DNA of 63,753 nucleotides, the filler included, from Octopus bimaculoides (lineage: Eukaryota): NCBI RefSeq assembly GCF_001194135.2. It is 8 parts of 6 records of this genome, joined end to end, with 100 filler letters (N's around TTAATTAATTAA, not from the genome) between each part and the next. Parts side by side here need not be neighbours in the genome. Positions count along the whole stretch, not along the records: positions 43,833 to 57,026 come from NW_026416587.1; positions 57,127 to 59,750 come from NC_068989.1; positions 59,851 to 62,202 come from NC_068994.1; positions 62,303 to 63,753 come from NC_068994.1; 4 more parts are not named here. One strand, given 5' to 3'. Numbering within the stretch: position 1 is the stretch's first letter; each line of letters opens with the position of its first letter. Under the pieces are notes generated by a model. It did not search any database and had not been told where the DNA came from. It saw nothing but the letters and a program-made list of their open reading frames with translations. Position numbers and translations under genes: made by a program. Shown here piece after piece: positions 51,720 through 63,753 of the stretch.

Positions 51720-52680
51720 CCAAAACAGCCGGGCTCTCTTACCGCAGAGAAGACCTGGGTGGAAAGCTCAACATACAAAAGAAAAAAATGACTATGCGTG
51801 TGTGTGTTGCCCAGAAGTTTGAAGAAGACAGTAGAATTGACACGAAGCGCAGCTTCTCTTGGACACAAGACCACTACATCACATCACACATTGAAGCCTA
51901 TGCGTTTACAATCCAGGAACAGGAGATTGCCACAAAGTACCTGGAGAACAAGAGAGACAGTGACGCCCTCGTAATCCCAAGGTGCAACTGCATGTGTAGG
52001 CTATGTCATGTTTCTGTGGAAGACATCACGCGTGTGATTAGCAGCTTTCCTAAAATGTCGTCACGGTACTACCTCCCTATGCGGCACGATGTTGTTGCTA
52101 AAACAATTTACAATGCCATCCACAAAAAAGACTGTCCTGAAATAAACTTAGAAAATACCTCTGTTGTGGAATACATTCATAAACACCAACTCAAGGAATA
52201 CTGGTGGAATATTCCCATCAAAACTTCTGTCAAATGTAAACATAACAGGCCTGATATTGTTGTTTGGGACAGAGGGGCAACAGTATGTACCATCATAGAG
52301 GACAGCTACCCTGCAGATATAGATATCTCTTTGAAAATCAAAGAAAAAGAGGATATCGATGGACATCTGCTTCGAAACCTCCAGCTTCTATATCCAGACG
52401 AGGAATTCGTATTCATACCAATAATAAGTGGAGCACTAGGTTTTGTTAGGAAATGCTTCCAAAGGAGAATCTGGATAAACTGGGATTTTCAGAAAGAGAA
52501 ATCGACCGGCTAATTCGTACATTACAAGTGCAATCTGCGAGTTGAACAATAAAAATATGCAAGACTTTTCTCAAGCTCCAAATGTGAATTTGTCAGTGTT
52601 AATTATATCCCAAAGATGGAGCCTTGTATCTTTGTTGGAAACAGGTTCCCTCCGCAGTGGAAGATTTATAATAATTAAAA
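51720..52680 (+). mobile_element. 3' part of a third RLE-LINE family (CCHC plus RLE)
   Basis: IQEQEIATKY, CRLCHVSVEDITRVISSFP, RHDVVAK, WWNIPIKT...HNRPDIVVWD, FIPIISGALG; A/TAA-rich tail at ~52670. Confidence 0.85.
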
Positions 52681-54974
52681 AATAGAAGAGACAAACATAC
52701 ACACACAGACAGATACACACATACATACATACATACATACATATAACGGAGTAAAAAAAGAAAGAGAGATTTTTATTCTAAAATGGCTGTCTAACGAAAC
52801 AGATGCCGAAAACATATGGAAACTTTCAGTTTCACTCAGTTGGTCACAACTGACCGAATTAAATTACCTATACACTTTATCCGGTATCGAATACTTCTTT
52901 CGTTCGTTATTTCGAAAGTATCCACATACATATTTGTACACACATATACACATGCTTATATGTATCTATGTACGTGTGTATTTCTATATGTATATAAGTG
53001 AATATATATATCATTGTTAAACCATGCCTTACAGTTGTACTATTGTACAGCATTACTTAGTTCTCGTAAATAATAATTATAAGAAGAAGAAGGAAAATCA
53101 GCATTTGGTTTCCTGTCCCTGAAATAAATCATCGCTACTCATAAATAACCCCTTCAGTAAAGCGTCCTACTTGCTGTTACTTGAAGACTTGGAACAGCTC
53201 GTGTAAAACAAAGCAACAACAACGATAAGAATAATAATAATAATAATAATAATACATAAATATATGTGTGTGTATTTGTATATGTTATGTAAATAATATA
53301 TATACATATATTCACCCGGTCAGAGAACGACGCGAAGAGAGAAACGAAGACATAAAAAAGAGGAAGAAGTGGATACGAAGTGGTGTTTGGGCGACGGATC
53401 TTCGTAGAAAAAAAAAAGAATGTCATGGTGAGTTAGTAAGGAGAGCAAAGCAAGACTGGACTTACCTGGGATGGCAGGACGATGAAAAAATTGCGGAGTT
53501 GAAATTGGAGCAGTTGAAGTTGCCGTTGTTATCATTGGAGTGCCTCTTGGTAGACAACATTCTTCATCCTTCCCTCGGGTGCACAAATAGAAAGACCAGC
53601 GGCCGGTTCATTCAAGATTGTTGCCTACAGAACTCGGGAGCACAATTTTTTGATAATCATCCGCGTACCATTGCACATTATTGGAGCATNNNNNNNNNNN
53701 NNNNNNNNNNNNNNNNNNNNNNNNNNNNNNNNNNNNNNNNNNNNNNNNNNNNNNNNNNNNNNNNNNNNNNNNNNNNNNNNNNNNNNNNNNNNNNNNNNNN
53801 NNNNNNNNNNNNNNNNNNNNNNNNNNNNNNNNNNNNNNNNNNNNNNNNNNNNNNNNNNNNNNNNNNNNNNNNNNNNNNNNNNNNNNNNNNNNNNNNNNNN
53901 NNNNNNNNNNNNNNNNNNNNNNNNNNNNNNNNNNNNNNNNNNNNNNNNNNNNNNNNNNNNNNNNNNNNNNNNNNNNNNNNNNNNNNNNNNNNNNNNNNNN
54001 NNNNNNNNNNNNNNNNNNNNNNNNNNNNNNNNNNNNNNNNNNNNNNNNNNNNNNNNNNNNNNNNNNNNNNNNNNNNNNNNNNNNNNNNNNNNNNNNNNNN
54101 NNNNNNNNNNNNNNNNNNNNNNNNNNNNNNNNNNNNNNNNNNNNNNNNNNNNNNNNNNNNNNNNNNNNNNNNNNNNNNNNNNNNNNNNNNNNNNNNNNNN
54201 NNNNNNNNNNNNNNNNNNNNNNNNNNNNNNNNNNNNNNNNNNNNNNNNNNNNNNNNNNNNNNNNNNNNNNNNNNNNNNNNNNNNNNNNNNNNNNNNNNNN
54301 NNNNNNNNNNNNNNNNNNNNNNNNNNNNNNNNNNNNNNNNNNNNNNNNNNNNNNNNNNNNNNNNNNNNNNNNNNNNNNNNNNNNNNNNNNNNNNNNNNNN
54401 NNNNNNNNNNNNNNNNNNNNNNNNNNNNNNNNNNNNNNNNNNNNNNNNNNNNNNNNNNNNNNNNNNNNNNNNNNNNNNNNNNNNNNNNNNNNNNNNNNNN
54501 NNNNNNNNNNNNNNNNNNNNNNNNNNNNNNNNNNNNNNNNNNNNNNNNNNNNNNNNNNNNNNNTAAAATTCAAAAACAAACAGTAAAAAAAACTATCGCA
54601 CCACCTTGCTTAGACATCAAGACAGACATGAGTGCTCCAAAATTCCCTCTTCCTTGGAACAGCTTATATTATTTGAAATGTATTTTCTATCCAATGTATG
54701 TTTTAAGGCTTGAGAATTAACACGAAAAAAATTTTTTTTTTTTTTCTAAAAACGTTCAATGACGTTAACTGGAGTGTAGGGTTCGAGTAGACGTCATTCC
54801 ACCTTTTGATTTATCATTACCATTCTTTTCGTTCGATTTTACTTTTCCTCCACTTTTGTGTTTTTTTTTTTTCTGTCCTTGTGTTGATCCCTCTGTGTTT
54901 CGACCCTGTGCGGTTAATAAAAAAAATTATGTCGTCAGGTATTTAAATTCATCTTATAAAAATACTAAACTTAG

Positions 54975-55290
54975 CTAATATTGAATTTAATGGTAGATTC
55001 ATCCAAAGCTAAAGATATATAACGTGAGAGTTCATCTATGCGTCTTGTAGATGTTTGTTTGCGCTGGCTGAGATTTCGCCTACTTTCTCTCCGATCTTTT
55101 TGTTGCCAAGACAGTTTGTTACAATTCGAATACAGGACTAATCTTTTCTTCTCCATCAGAGAAAGGCTTCCGTTTTTTATCCAACGCCAAACTTTTACTT
55201 CTTTCAACAAATATTTCATCTTCTCTTGATGTTTTCCTTCTGTTTCTTACTCCTTTATTATTTCCTACCTTTTTCTGTTTTAGTCTGATC
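54975..55290 (-). pseudogene. hAT (Charlie/GTF2IRD2-like) transposase remnant, internally deleted
   Basis: KRKPFSDGE..., QTSTRRIDELS, SLALDEST. Confidence 0.75.
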
Positions 55291-55294
55291 GTAA

Positions 55295-55490
55295 GATTAT
55301 GGTTTCGATTCCTGGACAGGGCGACGCGTTGTGTTCTTGAGCAAAACACTTCATTTCACGTTGCTCCAGTCCACTCAGCTGGCAAAAATGAGTAGCGCTG
55401 CGATGGACTGGCGTCCCGTCCAGCTGGGAAACATATACGCCATTGAAACCGGGCCCATGAAACCTGGCTAGGCTTTAAAAGGGCGCCTTT
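55295..55490 (+). mobile_element. SINE family C
   Basis: GGTTTCGATTCCTGG (B box) ...GTTGTGTTCTTGAGCAAAACACTT...CAGTCCACTCAGCTGG. Confidence 0.75.
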
Positions 55491-56503
55491 ATTTATTTAT
55501 TATTTATATATTTTAACAAACTCCCTGAATAACAGTGCCTGCTCTGGCACTGTTATTCTATATATCGCCGAGAGGGAGATGAATCACTGCTATCTCTAGC
55601 AGTCGAGTGTCCATCATTGACAAGGCCAAGGAAGGTCGAAATTACGTGATCNNNNNNNNNNNNNNNNNNNNNNNNNNNNNNNNNNNNNNNNNNNNNNNNN
55701 NNNNNNNNNNNNNNNNNNNNNNNNNNNNNNNNNNNNNNNNNNNNNNNNNNNNNNNNNNNNNNNNNNNNNNNNNNNNNNNNNNNNNNNNNNNNNNNNNNNN
55801 NNNNNNNNNNNNNNNNNNNNNNNNNNNNNNNNNNNNNNNNNNNNNNNNNNNNNNNNNNNNNNNNNNNNNNNNNNNNNNNNNNNNNNNNNNNNNNNNNNNN
55901 NNNNNNNNNNNNNNNNNNNNNNNNNNNNNNNNNNNNNNNNNNNNNNNNNNNNNNNNNNNNNNNNNNNNNNNNNNNNNNNNNNNNNNNNNNNNNNNNNNNN
56001 NNNNNNNNNNNNNNNNNNNNNNNNNNNNNNNNNNNNNNNNNNNNNNNNNNNNNNNNNNNNNNNNNNNNNNNNNNNNNNNNNNNNNNNNNNNNNNNNNNNN
56101 NNNNNNNNNNNNNNNNNNNNNNNNNNNNNNNNNNNNNNNNNNNNNNNNNNNNNNNNNNNNNNNNNNNNNNNNNNNNNNNNNNNNNNNNNNNNNNNNNNNN
56201 NNNNNNNNNNNNNNNNNNNNNNNNNNNNNNNNNNNNNNNNNNNNNNNNNNNNNNNNNNNNNNNNNNNNNNNNNNNNNNNNNNNNNNNNNNNNNNNNNNNN
56301 NNNNNNNNNNNNNNNCTTTTCGATGGCGCTGTAAGTGAAAGTACAAATAACCGTGCAAATGTTTACCCTCGTCGGGTTAAGTGGTTCGTTGGTTAAGTGT
56401 TGGTAAAGGCACGCACTTGTGAAGTTTAGGGTTAAAATCACCATCGGAAAGGTTTCGATTTCGGGTCGTGTTAAGTTATCGTTTTTTTTTTCTTTAAATA
56501 AAT

Positions 56504-56547
<44 letters not shown>

Positions 56548-57244
56548 ATCTGTATACATACATGCAAACACACATACACGTATATATATAAACACAAATA
56601 TATATATGTGTATGTATGTGTGTCTCTGTGTGTGTGTCTGTGTGTGTCTATCTATGTACACGCAGACACACATCTATCTATCTATCTATGCGTGGCTTCG
56701 TGTGTGTGTGGGGGGGGGGTAGTACCACCCCCCCTTCTCCAAACAGCTACACCCCTCGACCTTTATCCTTGTGTGTTGTTACACGAGATATGCTTTTAAG
56801 ATGGAGCTGCGTGAGTCTGTGCGTGTGTGTGTGCACGCATGTGTGTATGTGCGTGCATGTGTGTCAATTCATGTGTGTGTGCGTGTATGTATACCTGTTT
56901 TCGCGATGCGCGCGCGCACGTGTGTGTGTTTGTGTTTATATGCATGAATTAGTGAATACATGGTGGTGATGTTAATGATGGGGGGTGGTACTGGTAATCA
57001 GCGTATTGGTGGGGGTGGGTGTGGGGNNNNNNNNNNNNNNNNNNNNNNNNNNNNNNNNNNNNNNNNNNNNTTAATTAATTAANNNNNNNNNNNNNNNNNN
57101 NNNNNNNNNNNNNNNNNNNNNNNNNNTACTAACTTCCTCTTCATTAGCATCATCATTATCATTACCATTACCCCACTCCATCTTCTTCTTCTTCCCCATC
57201 TCCTTCTTCTCCTCCTCATCCTCCTCATTGTTACTATTGTTATT

Positions 57245-57625
57245 AGTGAGTCAGACAAAATGCTTAGTGATATTTCTTCAGTTCTTTACCTTCTGAGTTC
57301 AAATTCTGCTGAGGTTGACTTTGCCTTTTATTGTTTCAGTGTCGATAAAATAAGCACCAGTCAGGTACTGGGATCAATATAACTTGACTTGCCCCATCGC
57401 CCCCCCGCCCCAAAAAAAATTGCTGGTCTTGTTCCTATAGTAGAAAGGATTATTATTATTATTGTTAGTGAGTCAGATAAAATACTTAGCACTATTTATT
57501 CTGCTTCTCTAAGGGAAAAGTTCAAAATTCACTAAGGTCAACTTTACTTTTCATACTTTTGGGGTTGATAAAATAAATGCCGCTTGAATATTTGGCTTGA
57601 TAAAATCAACGAACCCCTTCTCTTG
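57245..57625 (+). mobile_element. Two tandem SINE family B copies, both starting TTAGTGAGTCAGA.AAAAT
   Basis: Repeated head at ~57243 and ~57465 after (ATT)n. Confidence 0.8.
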
Positions 57626-58085
57626 AAATTGCTTGCCTTCTAATCTGCATGTTTGTTACAATCACTTACCGGAACGCACCCAGCATCCTAGGGTGAGCGA
57701 AGGATAAGAGATGTTACGGTATGACTGAAAGCTTTGGGAAGGGAAGTGGCAGGGGCAGAAGCGAAATATCTTCATGTAATACAACACAGTGGTTTAAATG
57801 GATAGGGTTTTTCTAAGGACATGGGTAGTACTTGTCTGCACAAATCTTTTGGATTTATCTGAGACATGCTTCTCCTAGAATATTATCTAAATGTTTTTGA
57901 CATCCCTTTCTTATCATACCCAGGGCACCCACAATAACAAGAACAGTTCTAACTTTAAGATGCCACATCTTTTGTATTTCAATTTTCAGGTCCTTATATT
58001 TACTTAATTTGTCAAATTCCTTTATAGATATATTTTTATCAGTTGGAACACTTACGTCTATTATTCTACAAGTATTTTCTTCACT
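57625..58085 (-). mobile_element. RLE-LINE 3' fragment (same family as 21405-21797)
   Basis: CRIIDVSVPTDKNISIKEFDKLSKYKDLKIEIQKMWHLKVRTVLVIVGALG. Confidence 0.85.
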
Positions 58086-58089
58086 GTCT

Positions 58090-58123
<34 letters not shown>

Positions 58124-58330
58124 TTATTATTATTACTTCTCCTCCTAGTTTATCTTTGCCACATCCCAGCTCTTTCCTGCAGCTTTGAGATGCAACACTT
58201 TTCTCAACACATGTACTGTTTCAAATATTGCTAACAACTATGTACTTCCTGTGAAATTTGGTATTTTCAGCTTTACATGGCAAAAAATTGTTTTCTTTGA
58301 GATGGTCTCAAGTGTGTGTGTGTGTGTGTA

Positions 58331-58388
<58 letters not shown>

Positions 58389-58542
58389 TACACACACTCT
58401 TTTATTAAAGCTGCTAAATCTTCACAAACTGTTATTCAGAGTTTCATGTTCTCGTTTGTGGGAAAGTTGTGATGGATACTTATTTTGCATTAATGTGCTT
58501 ACTTGTATGTGTGTGTATGTGTGTGTGTGTGTGTATATATAT

Positions 58543-58928
58543 ACTCTTTTACTTGTTTCAGTCACTTGACTGTGGCCATGCTGGAGCACTACCTTTAGTC
58601 GACCCCAGGACTTATTCTTTGCAAGCCTAGTAATTATTCTATCGGTCTCTTTTTGCCGAACCGCTAAGTTACGGGGGCGTAAACACACCAGCATTGGTTA
58701 TCAAGCGATGGTGGAGGGACAAACACAGACACACCAACACATGCATATATATATATATATATATACATATATACGACGGGCTTCTTTCAGTTTCCGTCTA
58801 CCAAATCCACTCACAAGGCTTTGGTCGGCCCGAGGCTATAGTAGAAGACACTTGCCCAAGGTGCCACGCAGTGGGACTGAACCTGGGACCATGTGGTTGG
58901 TAGGCAAGCTACTTACCACACAGCCACT

Positions 58929-58931
<3 letters not shown>
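58543..58931 (-). mobile_element. SINE family A, full length
   Basis: Near-identical to 17482-17894. Confidence 0.9.
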
Positions 58932-58971
<40 letters not shown>

Positions 58972-59056
58972 NNNNNNNNNNNNNNNNNNNNNNNNNNNNN
59001 NNNNNNNNNNNNNNNNNNNNNNNNNNNNNNNNNNNNNNNNNNNNNNNNNNNNNNNN

Positions 59057-59114
<58 letters not shown>

Positions 59115-59436
59115 ATATATATTTAGTCACCCTCGTTTTATGTCAGCTTTCCATGCTAACATGGTTATTTGGGATTATCATAGTCCAGATCAATTCATTT
59201 TCAGAGTTATTGCTCTTCTAGATTGGTTGAAGGACCATATCTGATTCATGTTTCTTTTTTCATTTGGTTTCTGAAACTGGAGGCCCTTTCTACCACCAAA
59301 CCCTTTAGAGAGTATAGTAGGTGCATTTTATAGTGGCACTAATAAAGCAGATGTCATCAAGTTCTGGATAAGACAAGTTTAAGAGTCCTTTAGATCTTAT
59401 GTTCTCTCTTCTCAGATGCTAATTACTATATATGCC

Positions 59437-59502
<66 letters not shown>

Positions 59503-60389
59503 TATGCACATATATATATATATGCATATGTATATATGCATGTATATACATGCGTATGCATTTATATATGTATATGCATATATAACTATATATATATGCA
59601 TATGTATATGTATATATGTATATATGGCAAATGAAAGACGGAAGATGGGATATACGAGAAATTATAATTAATGTGTGTGTATACATGTATATGTATATAT
59701 ATATAGATATGTATATATATATAGATATGTATATATATATATAGATATGTNNNNNNNNNNNNNNNNNNNNNNNNNNNNNNNNNNNNNNNNNNNNTTAATT
59801 AATTAANNNNNNNNNNNNNNNNNNNNNNNNNNNNNNNNNNNNNNNNNNNNTGGGACACTGGTAGAATGTGTCATATAAAACATCTTTTACTCTTAAGGTT
59901 ACTGAGAAAATGTTATCCTTTTAAAGTTATTTTGTGTTAAAATTGTCGTATTTCGGTAATTTCAACCAATCACTGACGTCTATTGAGGTGAAAACAATTA
60001 CTGCTGTGGAATGTAAACAACACGTTGTGCGGTGTAATGGGATCTTTTCTCTTGAATAAAATTAGTGCCGTTGTTTGTCAACAACAACTATTGGCAGTAC
60101 TGTTATTTATGACATCGTTCGTGCGTTTGTACTGGTTTTAGCGTTAGGGTTTTAGGGTTAGGGTTCGGGTTTATATTGGGTTGTCCGGAAAGTTCGTGCT
60201 GGACCAGAAACTACAATGGTTGCAAAACGAGCTTCTTAACTGCATAGCCCTTACACTTATGCCTAGAGATATGGTTTCTCAAAGGCACGTGTCACGTGAA
60301 AATCCGTGGCGTCTCACTGTTGAAACACATGTCTTACGTTCGCCACTTTTGCCGTAATGATTCCACTTTCGATACATATAAATGAATGC

Positions 60390-60720
60390 ATTTTTATCAC
60401 TCGTCAGAAAACCACTCAATCACAGTATGATTGTTTTTTGTGACAGCCAAACACACTTTACATGTTTACACATAAACTTTTAATATCTATTCTTATCTTT
60501 TACACTTCAATTCTTTTTTATCCAACTATCGTTAGAGGTGGAAATTTGGGCGTCCAAGTACCTTTCTTTGCAGCTGCTGTGCCGTCGCTGTGCCGTCATA
60601 TTAAATTATCCTTCATAATCTTATGACATCAGTGCGATAACTGTGATCAATGCCAGCGAAGTAAGGTTTCCACACGCGTTCTTTTAACGAACACATCAAT
60701 ATTCCGATATGAATTATTTT
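60390..60720 (-). pseudogene. Possible piggyBac-like transposase C-terminal remnant
   Basis: Frameshifted VWKPYFAGID, then FMCKH/CKVCLAVTKNNH resembling the Cys-rich C-terminus; weak. Confidence 0.35.
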
Positions 60721-61313
60721 AATATTTCAAATATATTTTAATTTATGCAATGCTTCGTTGTAGCCTTCTGATCCTGTTCTTAAAAGCCAATGCACATGAT
60801 GTCTATTTATACAATGGTCGTCATATAACTGAGTGTGTATGTGTTTGCGTGTGTGTGTGTGTGTTTATAAATGCATACACGTATATATGTATATAAAGAC
60901 TATTGATAAGCTTGCAAGACGCAACGAAAATTTTAGGAAAATAAAAATAAGAAATAAGTGGAGATTTTAACGGTGAGTGTGTTAAATTTCAAGGCACAAA
61001 AAGAAAATGACTCTCCCCAGACACAACAGAATATGCTTCAACACACGAAATCACATAAAACATCTTGCAAACCAAATCCAAAAACGAAATGTATATAAAT
61101 ATATATGTATATATGTATTACGCTTTTTACTCTTTTCAGTCATTTGACAGCAGCCACGCCTCGGGCCGACCAAAGCCTCGTGAGTGGATTTGGTAGACGG
61201 AAACTGAAAAAGCCCGTTGTACATACATACATACATACATACAGACAGACAGACAGACAGACAGACAGAGAAATACCTTAGGAATGAGAACCCAGATTTG
61301 AAATTTCCCCCAA

Positions 61314-61359
61314 GACACCTGAAGAAGGCTGGAGGGTATATTAGCCGAAACGTTGTGTT
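61314..61359 (+). ncRNA. Intact minimal type I hammerhead in a solo PLE-like terminal fragment (~61272-61405)
   Basis: GACAC CTGAAGA a GGCTG-gagggtatat-TAGCC GAAA CG T T GTGTT. Palindromic ACGT stem III, GUU cleavage after 61354. Confidence 0.8.
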
Positions 61360-62302
61360 ATCAACAAACAAGAGGAGGACAAATATCCGTCAAATGTAAA
61401 TAAAGTACTTTTTGTTGATCATCTGGGTAGAGGGAACCCAGTGAATATAGATGGTAACCTTGCTGTTGAAAAAGGGGAACTGTTGGACTTACTTTGCCTA
61501 ACCTCTTGTGCCAGCGCAAAACAGATCCTCGACTCACACAAGTTAATACTTAAAGTAGTCTGAAGCATTTCATAAGTTTATGTAGTATTTTTACCCAATT
61601 TAACACAAACCTTTACTGCACAGTGAGCTTCCAAAATGTCTTCACGTCCTGACGGCACTCTCTAAACTAGTCAGCTGTGACAAACGGCGTTTAGTAAGGT
61701 GTGTCCAAAGTGCTGTTATAGCTGTTTTTCTTCAATCTCAGATAACAAATGTTGACAGGTCAGCTTATTAGATGTATAGTAATGATATACTTAAATTTAG
61801 AATAATCTAGGACAGTTATAACTGCTTCTCCTTAAAAAAAAGAAGATCGAAAACTTCTGGGATGCACCTTATATGTCCAGTTTCGCTACCGCATAGGACG
61901 ACCAAAACCAACGCCTCGCCACTGATAAATGTGTAACGATTCTTTTATTACAACAGGTGACATTTGATAAAATTGAAAAATAGACAAGCTGTTTCAATAT
62001 ATTTGTATACTCGTGTTTCATTTTTTTCTTTTCTTCTTCTTTCTGCTTTGCTCTCTAATGCATAAAAGAAGGAAAAAATTTGATCTGGCTCTTTTTAAAA
62101 ATGAAAAAGAAAAAAGAAAAAATGCCGATCCTTGCAATTAGCGACCGATAAAAATTACAAGAATTGACAACATACGACGTGTGAAGCAATAAACTCATTA
62201 TANNNNNNNNNNNNNNNNNNNNNNNNNNNNNNNNNNNNNNNNNNNNTTAATTAATTAANNNNNNNNNNNNNNNNNNNNNNNNNNNNNNNNNNNNNNNNNN
62301 NN

Positions 62303-63753
62303 CTGGGACCTCCGAAATGTGAAAGGTAGGTCTGCTGCTGATGGGAAAAGATGCATTCTGGGTATGAGGACAATGTTGCCTCGACCACACCCTGTGATTA
62401 TTGTGGCCTCAATCAGATTAGGAGATAAGGACTTAACGATTAAACGTGTGCTGTTGCATTGTTTAGGCAAAACCAAATTTCGAATGAGTATTATAGGGGC
62501 ACCAACTTTAAGTTTGAGAATGTGTGGAGGTAGTCCAGGGGGCTCAAGGGAATTTAGTACTTCTATTGGATAGTTGATGACGTCCTCAGGGTCAGGAGTT
62601 GTATCAATAGACTTATATATATAGTCATCTCCAAGAATGATTTTTAGCATTTGATCATCAATATGGTTAACAGTTGTATTCTTCGGGGCTAGAATAGCCC
62701 TTTGGCCAATCCAATCCATATTATGATAATTTGCTTGGAGATCTGGGAAAACTGCATCGGTGAGATCAGAAGGCGTATCAACAATGGTACAAAGTGAATC
62801 AATGGTAATATTACCCTTTTCATCGCAGGGAGTTTTGGCTTCGCCAAGTGCAAGGAGGGTGTGAGAAAATTCTGCTGATGCTACGTCACCTCGCATATGA
62901 GCCCGCATGTTAGTGTGAAGTTTGATAGTCTTCACCAGGGGCCACAATGCAGATGACTTAAGACACGCACGTACTGTACCAGCTGTATTCCCCTTGGGAA
63001 TAACTGGCAGTGTTTGCCTGAAGTCCCCTAAAAGAAGAAGTGTTATGCCTCCCATGGGAACTGTAGAGTCTTTGATGTCTCTCAGAGATCTATCTAGCGC
63101 CTCAAGAGCACCTCTGTGGGCCATTGTACATTCATCCCAAACAATAAGCTTGCATCGTCTGAACACTTCTGCCTGCTCTGAGCTGTTACTGATGTTGCAA
63201 ATTGGTGTGTTCGTCTTTGCTAAGTCAAGTGGGAGCTTGAAAGTGGAGTGAGTTGTCCTGCCGCCTGGCAACAAAGTAGCCGCAATTCCAGATGATGCCA
63301 CAGCTAAGGCAATGCCTTGTGTTCGCCTAATCTCAGCCAATATTAATTTTGTGAGAAAAGTTTTGCCAGTTCCTGCAGGAGTGTCGAGGAAGAAAATCTC
63401 CCCAGCTTTGTCCCAGACAGAATTAATAATGGAGTTGTAAGCGAACTTCTGTTCTGGAAGGAGCTTTGGCTCATTGTTCGCTATGTACAGGGCAAGTTCA
63501 TCAACATTATAACATGTCTCACGCAGCAAATCGGAAGACAGTGTGTTTGGGCATTCCCGGTTTGTTGAAAGTAGACCATACACTGGCAACAGACTCCCGC
63601 CCATATTGAGAACAGTATCTTCAATTTCAAGCAGTGCTCTGTTGTAAATGAGGTCACTGTAGTCGATGTCGATTGATGGATTTAGCAAGTGAACCTGATG
63701 CAGGAAATCTTCAGACATGTAATTTTTGTAGGTCAGCCATAAAGAGGCAGGAT
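62303..63753 (-). mobile_element. Helitron RepHel PIF1-family helicase domain, open for ~1.45 kb and continuing out of the window
   Basis: DTPAGTGKTFL (Walker A), AVASSGIAATLLPGGRTTHSTFKLP, LIVWDECTM, LLGDFRQTLPV, LHTNMR, RAILAPKN, PPGLPPHILKLKVGAPIILIRNL. Confidence 0.92.

Noticed and set aside
51695-51745. CTGATGA-TCCC...TCCC-AAAAC
   Set aside because: The flanks are direct rather than complementary repeats, and the core G12 is missing.
53320-53689. Coding-like segment (KKRKKWIRSGVW... on +, QWYADD on -)
   Set aside because: Only a faint resemblance to a Harbinger transposase N-terminus or an RT motif; it is cut by a gap and not assignable without a search.
60340-60415. Minus-strand CTGACGA...TATC-GAAA
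   Set aside because: No stem III/NUH or stem I pairing; it overlaps a probable transposase remnant.
26368-62258. Identical TTAATTAATTAA word recurring seven times
   Set aside because: Always centred in ~100 bp N-gaps; an artificial six-frame-stop scaffolding linker.

Overview
Repeat-dense, gap-rich eukaryotic (animal) scaffold window. The SINE/LINE families and microsatellite load suggest a cephalopod such as Octopus; this is an inference. The only clearly host-derived gene is exon 1 of a TCF21/musculin (MyoRa/HLH54F-type) bHLH factor (30092-30385, +). It ends at the same phase-0 donor after HP(I/V)NL as vertebrate TCF21, and its exon 2 is not visible. The rest is microsatellite, an ~85-88 bp satellite array and transposon debris: Penelope-like elements (PLEs), Tx1/L1-like, RTE and R4/Dong-like (RLE) LINEs, three tRNA-type SINE families, mariner, Tigger, hAT, a possible piggyBac remnant, a complete 558 bp non-autonomous Helitron and a near-intact Helitron helicase. 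The most striking unannotated signal is a set of about 10 type I hammerhead ribozyme (HHR) motifs, all folded by hand. Four of them form two unrelated, almost loop-less palindromes (1062-1477 and 48849-49048), each a head-to-head pair of HHRs. A further sense HHR lies 171 nt downstream of the second palindrome. The TTAATTAATTAA words inside N-gaps are assembly linkers, and most long ORFs in the track are microsatellite or gap artefacts.
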